DNA of 59,005 nucleotides from Perkinsus olseni (Eukaryota): NCBI GenBank assembly GCA_013115125.1, contig JABANN010000027.1, positions 62,001 to 121,005 of the forward strand, read 5' to 3'. Shown piece by piece: positions 12,650 to 25,607 of this stretch (position 1 is its first letter; each line of letters starts with the position of its first letter). The notes under the pieces were generated by a model. It saw only the letters and a program-made list of their open reading frames with translations, ran no database searches and was not told where the DNA came from. The position numbers and the translations under genes were made by a program.

Positions 12650-13199
12650 CCAACTTGGGATTGCCAAGTGACACAAGATCTGTCCCCGGGATAATCTTGT
12701 CTTCTTCGGTTTGGAGGTCCCAAACCTATTTGAATGTCGTCCAGGTCTGATGCCGCCGATCCCTGCTGCGCCGCGCTCTCATCGGACGGCACAGAACCTC
12801 CTATCGAGGCTGATGCACTGACAGCAGCAGCGCCTTCTAGACGCCGAGGTAGCGGCCCAGACCAGGGCGTATACCAACATCTGGTGCCACCGCGCGCTTC
12901 ACAGGTGGGGAACTCGTCCGGGTGACTTGCAGGGGATGTTTCTAATACTACTCAGGGTAATGCTCCGCGGACTATATCCCAGCGGAAGCGGCCGGAACCC
13001 TAGAGGCCACGGCCGCCCAATGAGCTTTGAAGCTTCTGGCATTCAGGCCCTTCCTCCTCCTGCTGCTGCATATTTTAAGGTACACTCGTTTCTGGGTGAT
13101 GATTATGAAGTGAGAGCACGGTTTGGGTTTAGTGTGTCAGCGCAACGTGAATCTGGTCTTTAAGGAGGTTGCTCTGCAATTCACAACTTGTCCAGCATC

Positions 13200-16100
13200 A
13201 TGTTCTATCGTCATCCGTCCAACTCCTTCGTGAGCAGCACTCCAGGTCAACCCCAGTACCAGGCTCCCGGGGTACAGTACCAACCTGCACCACCACAGCG
13301 AGCAGGGCGGGTGGTCGTCCGAAACGTCTCCGGGCAGGCAGCCAGCTCGGGCTTCGTGAGGCAGTACACGCCAGTTGGCACCAGCGCGGTAGTGATAGTG
13401 TAACCAGCTTCTCAACTGGACGTCCTGGTGCATCCTCCTCAGGCTAACATGTCATCCCTGAGCATGAATAACGTCTCGCAGCATCACACCACCAACCACC
13501 TATCGCCAAGACCTCCTCCACAGTTCATGCATCAACAACAGCAACAGCAACAGCAGCTGCCGCATTACACCAACAGCGGGCCGGGATCCGATCATCAACC
13601 CACTCCCTCGCAGGGAAACAACAGCTCTATTAGCCAAGCTCCAAGGGTCCAGGTCGTGAAGCGGACTCCGGTACCTCCATGGTGATGATCTGTTTGTTGG
13701 CACAAATGGACTCTCTTCAGAGCATGAACGTACCGGGGCTGGATCAGAGCGTAGCCCACGGACCTCCACAGTCGGCTCACAGAGGTACTGGGCTCCCTGG
13801 GTGTGCTGCTGCTAGAATGTGGCCTTCCTTCTCAGCCGAGTCGCCTGCCCGTGTGCAGCACGTTGGGCCGAGCCAGGCTGAGGTTGAAAGGATTCGTACG
13901 GAGCTGGTGAGTGTGGACAAGAAGCTGCAAGCGGCGACTAACAAGTTGATGCAAAAGGAAGAGGTATGGTAGCCGTCCTCCAGGGTCGATGTGAAGCGGG
14001 GCTGCTTCAGGAAGGAAGACGGTTGAATGCTGAGATCGACAGCTACAAAGTGAGCGAGGGACAGTTCAAGGCGGCCCTGTCGAAGCTGAGAACGGAGAAC
14101 GAATCACTCGTAAGGCGCGGCGATGACGACCGAAGATACCAATTTCGGGGCGCAGTGACGATTTTCGGTCAGGCCTCAGCTGCGACAGCTAGCCGTGCTC
14201 CCGATCCGAAGATTGCGGAATTGGTGAGGATAACCTATCGGAGTGCATTGGATGAACGCCTTCCAGAGCCGTCGACTTGAGGGTCGGACAGCTGAGCTGA
14301 AGCGGGTCCAGGGGGAGCTGAGCTCCTCGGAGGACAAGGCCCGTCGGGTACGTTCACTCAGGACTATCGCGGTAAGCTGTAACCTTGCTTCATCAGACCA
14401 AGCAGGATCTTGACAAGACTATTGCCACACTGCGGGAGACGAAGGAGGTGAGAGGGGATGAGTGGTGGTGATGGTGTGAGCTGCGTTGCCCTCAGCAACT
14501 GGAGTCCCTCAAGGCCCACTTCGAGCAGCAGAGTCAGCTCGTGACCCAGGTGAGCTGCTACTGCTGGTGTGTGGGTCGGCCGTACTGGGCGTGCTGTAGG
14601 AGCAAGAGATGCTGGTCACGGAGACAGAGGCCCAGAGGGCGCATATTGCGAAGCTTGAGCAGGCTCTGCAGGAGACGGCCCAGGAGAATGAGATGCTGCA
14701 GTGAGAGGGAACCGAAGGGTGTGCTTCGAACGGCACGGCCTCTCAGACTCGAGCTGAACTCCTCTACGACGGATCGATCAGAGTTGAAGGTTATTCATGA
14801 GCAGCTCCGCAACATCGAAAAGGTGAGCTCGCTCGCGAGGGAATCTTCCATTCAGCCGCTCGGTGATGTAGGAACGAGACGCTGCCATGGCAGCTAGGGA
14901 TGCTATGGCCGACCGAGAAAGTGCACTGAAGCTGGACTTGGAGGCAGCTCAGAAGGAGGCCAGGAAAGCCCTCCAGAGAGCAGAGCTGGCCGAAGTGAAG
15001 GCTGAGGGGCGAGGCTACAAGGAGGATGTAGTACATAGTCGATCGAGGGCCTGCTGAGGGTTTGTCACTGTGCAGGTGATCAAGACATCCAATCTCTCTC
15101 ACTTGAAGCAGAACACGGGTAGGAGACCGACTGCCGATTATCGTTCACGCTTATGCTCGTTCAGGTGGCAGCAGCAGTGACGGAGGTGAAACCAGCGCGG
15201 CGGCTATGGTGCGGAAGAATCGGGAACTCGAGGACCTCCAGGAGGTGGGCAGTGGCGGCCCCTGGGTGATGAGTCGTATGATGTCCCTCAGCAACTGGAC
15301 AACGCTCGCGATGAGATAGCTAGCATGAGAAGCGAGAGAGCCGCACTTGAAGAGGCACGCAGGGAGGCAGAGGTAGGCGGAGGGTCGCGCCGAGGAGAGG
15401 AGGAGTTGCTGAGTTCAGGAGAAGCTGCAGAGTATCAATATGACCGTCACGGAGGCGACTAGCAAGAACAAGATCGTCAGCAAGGTCAGGGTCAGCTCGG
15501 CGAAACTCGCTCGGAAGTATCTTCCGTTAGTTGCACGCTGAGGTGAGTGACCTCAAGAGGGAGATTGTCCGACTCCAGGAAGAGCTTGCGCGGTACAAAG
15601 ATTTGCCGAAGAACAAGGAGAACAGGGCCTCCGAGTTCAACACAAGTGCTCAGACCTTTTCTTGGCCGAATGGTGCTGAGGTCGTGACGCGCTGCTCAGG
15701 TGTGAAGTCGAAGTACCTCACCGTTGCTGGGCCCGAAATGAGTGAGAAATAACAGTTTTTGGGAGGGTGGAGGCCTTCGTTCAGATGCTACCCTGAACGA
15801 CACTGATGGCGGGCGGTACAGCAGAGTCGGCGGCAGTCCGTTCGCTGAATCGCCGATGCCCCAGAAGACCCAACGTGCTCTCCCGAGTGATAGCACCTTG
15901 ATGCTCAAATCTCCATCCTCGGCTAAGAAGGTTGGGAGCAAGTAAGGAGGCCAGCATGATCGTTAGAAATCTCACTTCTGGTCATCTTGTCTTAGGCACA
16001 GTAGTGGCGGCAGGAAGTCCAAAGATTCGCCCGTGAAAATCGTCAGGGTGAGCTCGGCGTTGCTGTTTTCTTCCAAGCCGCTGCATCCTCAGGCCCGAGG

Positions 16101-16465
16101 ACTATTGAACAACCTCACCGAGAGCGACCCCGTAGTCGCGAAGGCGTTAGCAGATCATCGCGAGACCGACGGTAAGGCAGAACTTCGTCCAGTAAGTGAG
16201 AAGAGGGATCTCTCTAGGCTTATCCAAGGAGGAGTGCCACGAGCTAATCGAGAAGCTCTTGGCTAACCACGAGATACCGGTCCGCGTAAAGAAAGTCACC
16301 TGCACTCAGGTTGGAGCGACTCTCAAGCATTCCTCATAGTTACAACGCCTGCTGCAGGTCTACCGCACCATCGTCGACTCCGTGTCCCAACCGCCGCCTT
16401 CGAATCTCCCCTCGAGTTTCGTCTTGGATTATTGCAAGAAGGTGGGGATGGCAATTCCGAGATAA
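13200..16465 (+). CDS. Long coiled-coil protein with Q/P-rich N-terminus, many short exons
   Basis: MFYRHPSNSF..., poly-Q, then E/K/R/L-rich heptad exons (EVERIRTELVSVDKKLQ; LHAEVSDLKREIVRLQEELARYK); ends ...CKKVGMAIPR*. Confidence 0.7.
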
Positions 16466-16809
16466 TTTTACATGAAGACAAGCGTGTTAGGTTCTTGAGA
16501 AGGTTACCCACAGCAGCCAGTACGCCTGACTTTAACTAATCAATCATCATGCAAGAGCGTTCAACATGTCTATACACTCAGTTTTAACGCAGCCCTCGTC
16601 CTCTTGCGTTAGTGTGCGTGCGAATCTCAAGACCAACGGCGAAAACCGCCTTAGACTACCATGACTGCACTGCGTTGGTGTCTGGATTCTCTCTGCGACC
16701 TGCAAGTACTTACAAAACGCAACTCACCAAATCTTCTCAAGAAATATCTGAAAAATGATGACAAGCATGGGGGTGTACTAAAGACTGCAATGGTATGAAT
16801 GGTAGGCAG

Positions 16810-19800
16810 TCAAGCATCAAAGCGTGCATACAAGTTTACCATCTCTCGGAACTTCTTCTCGACATCGGACCCACGGGCATAGTCGAACCCTAAGTGCGCA
16901 AACTCAGCGAATTGGGCATCGGCGTCGCCATCTCGCCACGATCGAATTGTGGACTCCTCTTCCAGCCTGGCGATGGCCTCCGAAGTAGCGGCATCAACGG
17001 TGGATGTGCGTCGCTTCTTTGCCAGGGGCTTAGCTTTCTTCTCGAGGAAGTCCGTCAGAGTCTGCTGGTTCTTATCGCCATTCGCCGCGCTGTAGGCCTG
17101 CTCCTTAGCGTGTACTCGTACAGCCACCCCGGCGCCCCGAATCCGGTGCACTTCGACGCCCTCCAGCAGCCCCACGGCGAGTGTTGCAATGTCGTTCTTC
17201 GCCAGAGATACAGCACAGGAGCGGCTCCACTGATAGCACGCACCGATCCCCATGAACTTGAAGGGTTCAACCCAATCATCAGGGGCGAGGTACAGCCGAA
17301 GGATGACCCGCTCGGTGACAAGCCCCTCCAACAACGGAGTCACTTGTGCTACGAGAGCTCGGACCAACTGCCTGGCGGACTCTGGTGTCACGTTCCGGAT
17401 GCCGAAATTCTTGTCCGCGCTGACGGTAGAGATGTCGGTGACTAAGTCGTTCCTGTAGTCCTCCCCTCGGGCGTTGGCGAGCATCCGCTCGGCCGTCTTC
17501 ATCCCAAAGGACTCTGCCAAGAGAGGGGCGAGACTCGGGTCCAACAAGTCGCCCACGGTAGCCAAGCCGAATTCATTTTGCAGCTTCCCTAGAGTCCGAT
17601 ACCCAACCTGCGGGAGCATGTGCAGCGGCAGGTCAGCGAGGAAGGACTTATTGCTGAGCACCCTCACGCCTCGAGGCTTGGCTTGGGTAGTGGCGATTTT
17701 GGCGAGGACGTGACTATCGGCGACACCAACTGAGCAGGGAAGCCCAGTGGCCTGAGTGACCGCTTTCTGGAGTGCCCGAGCAACCGCTGCTTCATCAGAG
17801 TACCGGCAGTCGCCCGATACATCAACAATGGCCTCGTCAACGCTCTTGGCAACGACACGATCGAGAGTACCCCCGCCGACGACAGCCATCAAGCGCAGCA
17901 GTTGCTTCCACGCGGTGTTGCACTGCGTGAGGAGTTCGCTGGTCACCGGCACCTTCTCCAGATCCGGGCATATGTCCTTTACCTCAGCCAGCCACATGCT
18001 GCCGGAAACCCCGTACTTCCTGGCTGCGTAGTTGGCGCTGCAGATCTCGCTCCCCCGACCCATACCAGAAACAACGGCCATCGGCTTCGGGGATTCGGGG
18101 ACGCCCGTCGCTTGCAACTGCGCGACACTGGCGAAGAAGCTGTCGAAGTCGCAGAGCATGAACCGCTTAGTGGCCTCCGAGTTGGGCTCTAGCTGCCGCT
18201 CGCACTCCTCGCGGAGCTCCTCGACGATCTCGCTTGGGACCTCCCCTTCTCCCCATTTCCCCTCGGCAGGTTGGCATTCCTCGAGGAACTGTCGAAAGCG
18301 CCTCCGCCACGTCCCAAGGAAGTGCAATCGACTGCTCGCGAAGAAGGCGTCAACTGCCCCTTTAGTATGGCCCACAGAAGCAGCAGTCGGCTCCCCAGCG
18401 GCGGCGAGGGCAGTAGAGCCAGCCGGTCCAGGGGGCTCCTGGAGGTCGAAGGCGCTGATGGTGATCATCCCCACCTTCCCAAAGGAGGATATCAGCGGCG
18501 CAGCCATCTGCTTGGCAGTAACGACAACCTTATCAAGGGTAGGCATGGGGCACCGCCGACTCTTGGTGGCGTAGGTCGCAGTCGCCTCGCGTCCGAGTGT
18601 AACGCAGAGACTCTTCGGGAACTGCGGCGCCCGGGCCTTCACGCGCTCGACAACATCTCTCGCTAAAGATTCTATCCAGAAATTCGTCTTGGTCACTTCC
18701 TTCAGGTAGGGTCTGAAAATCTTCGAAGCGCTGACGCTGCCAGCCTTGAGCGATTCAGAGTCCTTCACCACTTTGGCATTCTCTATCGGGTCTCGCCCCC
18801 TCGAGGCCAGCTTCAACCAAGCCACGAGCTCAGCGTTAGCTGGCTCGGGTTCGAGGTCGTCAAGCACGGGCCATATTTCACTGCACTTGGTGTCACCAGT
18901 GAGCCACGGCAGGAGCCTCTCAATGTCATTGAAGGTAGCCCTGCCAACCCCTCGTAGGGACCTAACCTTCACGCCAGCCATGAAGTCCAGTATCTGCCCG
19001 ACACGCTACAGCCAGCGAAGGAGGGCAGACCTACCTTGTCATCGCTGAGGCCAGTGACGGCATCGGGCTTGTTCACACCGCAGGCCAGCTTCGCCAGCTG
19101 CCGGTTGCTGGCTACTCCTGCCGACATCGTAAAGCTGGTGACGGACTCTACTTCCTTTCGGAGCCGCTCGGCCCAGATGGCACCCTCCTGCAGAGCCGCG
19201 TTGCCGACCTGAAAGGGAACTCGCAGTGGTTGGTTTGGGAACAGCTCAATCCGGGAAGAAGGCAAACGACCGACCGACCGGCAACAACCGAAGACTTTTC
19301 AATGATCGCTATCAGAGAACGGGCACGGAGTTGCGGCTCTCAACTTGCGAGTGCAGCCGACAAGCATTTATGTGCACTTATGTCAGGTGAATTCGCCCTT
19401 AGTGGCGAGGGCTCCTCGAACAAGGGTCGTCCTGGTCTTCGAGCATACCTCTCCACCCGCCCACTTGATCCCGGCAGGCATTTGCTCTTCTTGCTCTTCT
19501 CCACAGAGACTTGTCAAGTCGACGAAGACCTCATCGATACTAGCCCTCTCGAGAGGGGCCGACTCCGGCAGGGCAGTGCGGAGGGCTCGCATCACTGACA
19601 GGACCCAATCCGAACTTAGCGCTTCTCCCAAGCCGTAGTGGCCCACTCACCCTCTTCACTGGCGTCCCTGTACCGGTCCAAGGAGACTCTGTAGCGGTCA
19701 CGAGGCTCTCCCGGTGGCGGTCCGTCAGGGAAACACTCGCCGGTGACCACGTCCACCACCTCCACATGAGCGCTCCTCGCTCCAGCCTTCTCCGCGATCG

Positions 19801-20046
19801 ACGTGGGTGCTCCGCGCTTCACCTGCGACAGGGCTCAACTTCCAGGCAGGGGGAAGGGAAGCACACCCCGGGTATCTTGCGGGCTGAGTAGTCCACTGCC
19901 AAGACCAAATCCCATTGTGACACGACGAAAGGGACGTCACTAGGGATGCCGAGACGACGCCGTTCCACTTGGGCGTAGAAGCAATCAAGATCGAAAAGCG
20001 CTATCACTGGCGGCGTATTGTCGGCCCGTGAATCCGCATGTGCCAT
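16810..20046 (-). CDS. Double Y-family DNA polymerase: Pol eta-like N-terminal half fused to a Rev1-like C-terminal half
   Basis: Domain 1: IALFDLDCFYAQVE, VVSQW..VLAVDYSAR, RVSLDRYRDAS, ERASIDEVFVD, SAGVASNRQLAKLACGVNKP. Domain 2: FFASSRLHFLGTW, CDFDSFFASV, SEICSANYAARKYGV, SVDEA, LAKIATTQAKP, VSADKNFGIR. Confidence 0.9.
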
Positions 20047-20223
20047 GATGATGAAGGACGACAGCCACTACAGCATGCTTGAGGCTTTGGGGGGGGCGCA
20101 CCAGACCTGCCCTGAACTTCCAGAGCACTCCCAATACTAGATTTAACGTGTGGAAGACGACCCTGGGAGCGCCCACGACTGGCCATCCCCAGACTAACCA
20201 ACTAAACACTGTCCGAGAGAGAA

Positions 20224-21743
20224 TTAGACAAGAGAAAACTCCTCAGCCTCAGAGAGACCACTGCTAGGGGACGGCTGACCTCGCCGACGCAGCAGGGCCT
20301 CCGCCAAATCGCCTGCCTCTTCCCATGTTGCTTTCAACAGGTCGGGCACGACACATCGAACCTGCATGCAAACAGTCGGAAGACTTCTATCCTCAAGACT
20401 CTCAACAAGGGCCAAGCTTGCCTTGAAATCCTCGGGGAATGGCGTCAGTGTCGCTAGCAAGTCACCCGAGCTCTCGAAGCCGATCGCCTTGACCGAGTCG
20501 AGGTAACTGGAGAGCGCTCGTTATCGAGAGAGGAGCAACGTCATCCACTCACCAGTCGAGCAAACGGTCTCGAAGAGAGTTCGGAGGCGCATCTGACACA
20601 TGGTTAGCCCAGAGGAGGCAGAGCCAGTCCAGAGGGCTCAGTGGTGACCCGTCTCCTTTTTCATAGCTACGAAGAGTGTGAACCTAGAGAAGGCGGCATG
20701 CAAAGCCTACCGCACTCCCACGGATTCACGATTGGCGGCGTTCTTCCTTCCTCACAGGCACCGAGTAGGGAACAGGCTTACCTGGTCATCCAGGGCTGAG
20801 GAGTCCCCTACTGACCGCCATATGCCGGCATTCAGTCCAATCCCATCCTTCACTATCTGCACCACGAAATCATCGGTAGTTGTAGGAGAGAGTGGTATCA
20901 GCCGCGAGAGGCCCCCAGGGTACCCGAAGACGACGCAGAGGCTGTCCCACACGTCCTGCAGGGACTTCTGAAGGAGGAGAGGTAGACGACGAGAAGCTAC
21001 CCAGGCTTGGCACTTACCAGGGCATGCGGGCGATGGCTGAACCCCGCTCGGACAGCAGCAATGAAGTCGGCACACGACCCGCTCCACACCCCTCCGGCGG
21101 CAACGATCTCGACGACAGCCGAGTGCATCTTAAGAGGGTCACCATCTGCTACCAGCTCCGCTACAAGGGAGGCAGGGCGCTGGTTAAACCGACCAAGAAG
21201 ATCGCTCGAGGGCGGGGCCATGCCGATGTCGTCCACCTCCCAGCCAGGCTCCTCGCCGAGGCCTTCGACATCCCAGCCATCTTCGTTGATGTCGTCCCCG
21301 AGGATCGAACCCGAGACCTCCGTTGCTGGTTCATTCTTTGAAGCTGCTACACTCCTGCTCTTATTGTCAGTACTAGCACCAGAGGCCTTCAGCGCGCCCG
21401 TCGTGGAGGCCCCATCCTCTGCCTCTAAGTCCACGTCACCAACATCCCATCCCCCACCAACACCACTCACGGCGGCGGCCTCCTCGGCTTGGGGCAGCAG
21501 GACGGAGGGGCCGTTGATCCGCTTTGGCTCGGGCGCACGCACCTTAGGCGCTATGATGGGCACAGGCTGACTGCCCGGGAAGCTTTCCCGCGGCGCCGCG
21601 GTCTTGTGTATCGTTCGAGGCGGGGGCTCAGTCAGGCTCCGCTCCTCGACCAGTTGGTCGGCTAGCCGCTCAGCAGCATCAGTGGCCAGCTGGGCATGAG
21701 TGACGGCAGCGGAGAGCGCGGCAAGTGCTACAGCCGTTGACAT
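20224..21743 (-). CDS. Hypothetical protein (acidic GWDV repeats, helical C-terminus); 3' end approximate
   Basis: MSTAVALAALSAAVTHAQLATDAAERL... long exon with GWDVGDVDL, GWDVEGL and GWEVDDI, followed by spliced exons. Confidence 0.55.
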
Positions 21744-21813
21744 TATAAAAACGACTGAAGGGAGCCCATCGGCCAGGGGTGAAGGAAAGCACAACACAAT
21801 GAGGGTGTGGAAA

Positions 21814-23582
21814 CTAGGAGTATGTGACATGCACTGTGATGATGCCAACACAATCCTGGCCGCCGCCACAACCGCCGCTGGCGTCCGACATGGTCGACGG
21901 GCCATCATCGGTCCGCCACAGCTCTATGAGTAGCTCCTCGGACGCCAGCCTGGGGTTGAGGGTCTAAGGGGGAGCATGGTACGTTCAGGGGCAGCGGCTT
22001 CTCACCTTCTCTCCAACGCCGACTACTCCCCAGCCGTCCACTTGCAAACTAGCTATAACGTGCTCTTTCTCAACTAGAGGATCCAAACGGAGCTCTACTG
22101 GTTGAGCGTCCATAGAGGAGTCGTGGGGCAATCGTAGCTGCTGAGCTTCGCCCGAGGACTTCACAGTGAAGGTTACAGAGACGGCTGATGGCGGGGGGTC
22201 GGAGGCGAGGTCCACATCATCTATGGCGATGAGACGTAGCACTGCAGTGACCGGCGGAGGACCGGACTGGGCCATCAGAAGCACCTGGAGGCAGGCCTTC
22301 TGGGGTCGTTCCCATCTACCGCTGCGAACTTCGCAGTGCGAAGACGCCCGGGGCTGACGATCTAAAGCCAAACTGCCATCAACAACTGGCAGTCGGTGAC
22401 CAACGGCAACCGTAGTACGGTTTGGCGGCAGAGAGTTTTACTGGCCTCTACCTCACCGAAGAAAGCCCAGATAGTCGACCAGAAAAGATGGATGATAGAA
22501 CGGACGAAGAGAGATCATGGAAGGCATTCTCCCCCGACGGACTTACTGCTCTGCCCGAGGGCAGCCTGAGGGAGGAGTCACCAACGGTGCCTCTCCACAG
22601 AGGGACCTCCATCCGCCCTCCGTCGTCCGCTCTGAGTGTGGTGAGCAGGGACTCCCCCACGACAGCGTCGGGGCTTATGACGGACAGCCGGACTTCATCG
22701 CCTGAGGGGTACAGGAGGGAGACTGCGAGAAGGCAGAGGCCACTACCGAAGATGACACCGGAATTCACATTCAAAGCATCAAGGCGTCCAGCGGAGAAGG
22801 TGAGGGCCTCAGGGCAACGAAGCAGAAGTGCCGTTACCAGGTCGGAACTCCAGACCACCCGTGGGAGGCTCCCAGGTGGGTTGGTCACTCCAATCGACCT
22901 CTGCTGATGTCCATGACGTGTCGAGGGTCTCGTTACGGAGGCATACTCGAAGCCTCAACGCAGGCGAGGCGAACACCCTCAACCCTGCACAAGACGACCT
23001 ACAGCCAGTCGGGGTGCTCACAGCCCTACTTGGCAGCCCGAGACATTCAGACACCCAAGCACGCCAAGGACAGCACTGCCGACTGCTGCTGCTGCCATCC
23101 GCCGTCACAGAAGTGTCCCGCCTGCTCAGATCCCCCCGAGAGTCGAGGGCATCGGAGCATCCAAGGTCGAACCATGCAAGACCGAATCTACAGGATACGA
23201 TCTGGCCCACTGACGGGCTTCACTGTACTACCTTCCCGCGATCTCTCGTGACACCTGTGGAGGCACAACAGCGGCCAAGGCCTCGAAGGCCCCACAGAGG
23301 TCATCAAACTGCCTCTCCAACTGCTCCACGCGCTCGAGGGTCTCCTCGTTCGAGGCCATCAGACGCAGTAGCCGCTCCTTTAAAGACGGGCCGTCGAAGC
23401 CTCGCCTCTGGATAGCGTCCAACTGGCGATGGCTCTCGCTGTCACCTGCCAGGGAGCCTACATGGGCTCCCCTCGGCTGTCTCAGTACGAAGTTACGAGG
23501 TACTAGTACCGGTCCCCTGGGCCTCCTCATCACCCGCGGTAGTGGTGCTAGCTGAGTCCAGATTCCACTTTCCCATTGCCAT
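21814..23582 (-). CDS. Hypothetical multi-exon protein (short coiled coil, then beta-rich, possibly C2-like segments)
   Basis: GT-AG-joined exons: ...LKERLLRLMASNEETLERVEQLERQF...; ...VRLSVISPDAVVGESLLT...; ...CVGIITVHVTYS*. Confidence 0.5.
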
Positions 23583-23780
23583 CCCTGACGGGGCTCTAGG
23601 CGGGTTCATACTGCAGTAATATATCCTCTACGGAATCTTAGGTCGGCCCTTACTATTAACACTACAGCTCAGCTCTGGTGATGCCAATTAACAGCTTCAT
23701 GCACGTGTAATGTACCATTCAAAGATCCGCCATTATCACTTGATACGGGGAAATATTTCAGTCTTCCGGCGGCCGAGGGA

Positions 23781-24879
23781 TTAGGGAGCCCCATAGCCCA
23801 GAGTAACTACGGAAGCACTCCCGGCAGAGGCTGGCCTTTCCAGCGTCTCGGCAGGTTCGCCGGCACTTCCCGCAGATGGCGGATCCGCAAGCAGCGCAAT
23901 TGCACGCAGATCGAGAGCTCGCACGGGAGCCCACGATGGGGAGGTTAGCGAGGAGGCCTGACCAAGCACGATGGGAGCACAGCCTGGCGTGAAGAGGAGC
24001 TCCTACCTATCGGAGGCCCCACCAGGAACCCGTCCACGCCACAGTTAGCGCAGCTGTCGGCGAGAAGGTCCGGGATGTGGAAGCGTGCAGAGCGGGCACG
24101 CAGTCTGAGGACGTCCAGCTTGGCTCGCAGGGGCAGGCTGTCGAGCACAGCCGCGATGTTACGTTCGGTCAACTGAGGGAAGAAGCACTGCAAGGCCGAG
24201 GGGGCGAGGATGGAGCGCAGGACGCTTCACCTACCCGATCAGCAACGAGGCCACTACAGACGACAGCTTCCAGCAATCTCCTTTGCGCCCTCCCAGTAGC
24301 GCTGCCGTCGAAGAGTTTCTCTATACCAAGGTCCACAGAAGAGCTCAGGTTGATGAGCAACCCGAACATGCGGCTGTCTCCGCTGTTGAAGGCCTCCCGG
24401 AGGAGCTCCTCGGTCGGGTCGCACTTGCCGAGGAGGCGCATCGCTACGCGGTGCTTGCGATTGATGACAGCTTGCGTGAGAGCGGAAAGGAGGTTACGAG
24501 GTTCCCCCAACGCCTCCATAAGGCCTCCACAGCATTGGCAGTCGCCCAGACGGCTGCACTGACCCAGAGCCTCGACCACGGCGTCGGATGTGAAGGGTGA
24601 TGGCACCAAGTCTAACAGGCACCGCATGACGTTCGTGTGGCCCGCCACCCTCGCCAGGACGTCGTCGGGCAGTGCCTTCTGGGACGTCATGACATGGTAC
24701 TTGATTTCACTCTCGTACTTGGTAGGGTCCCCTAGTGCTTCGTCAAGGGGGATAATGCCGTGCCGGTGATGCGCAGAGCCCTGAGGTACGCACGCAGTGG
24801 ACAACTCGCTCGTGACGCCCACTGTGCCTTGATTGTACAAAACGACCCAATTCCTGCTAGAGCAAGCTGGCCGAGACAT
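23781..24879 (-). CDS. Hypothetical protein, helical-repeat-like; 3' end uncertain
   Basis: Long exon MSRPACSSRNWVVLYNQG...LARVAGHTNVMRCLLDL... plus downstream exons. Confidence 0.45.
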
Positions 24880-25607
24880 TTTTATATTTTTTTTCGTGAC
24901 TGCACGCATCACCTTGCAGAAATGAAATGAAAGGAACAGAAGTGTCTCCGCGCGATTATGCAAAACTGATTTCCGCTATTTCACGGGCATACTTGCAAAC
25001 TCTCGAACAATTTTCAGGTGTACTATTTTTTCTGATGTTACTTCTAACAGTCTATGAACGGTTCTTCGAGTGCAGCATCCTCAGGCGCCCTACCATCCCG
25101 GCCATTAGTACCTCTATCGCCTCTGCCCTCTCTGACCCTGCTTGCATTGGCCTACCGACGACCCTGCCACCGCTGTCTACGAGCGCTACCTCACAAGGTA
25201 GCCCTCCTTTGACGAGGGCACTAGAGTCGCGGTTAGCAAAACTTGCTTCGCAGTGTTCGTCCCCTTCCCTCGCTGGATTGACCAGGGCGGTGGTGGTGAG
25301 GGCAGGGGAAGGTGTTCTTGACATGGTGACGTGTAGGTAATATCAATGTACTGAGGCGCTCCTTGTCTGTATGCCCCCCTAGGCCCCTCCTTCAGCGAAA
25401 GGAGCGATTGGCGACAGTTCAGGCTCCAGGCCACCCATCTCGAACAAGAAGGGTGGTAATGGTGGTAAACAGGCACCGCAACGCATGGCTTGTTGGTCGT
25501 TGGGAATAATCGATTTTTTCGTGCAAATTTACATAATTGACCTAAATGCACGAAAAGCGCAAGATCGCCGCTCTAAGTAGACAAGTCGTTTGACCCGTCT
25601 CCCAGCG

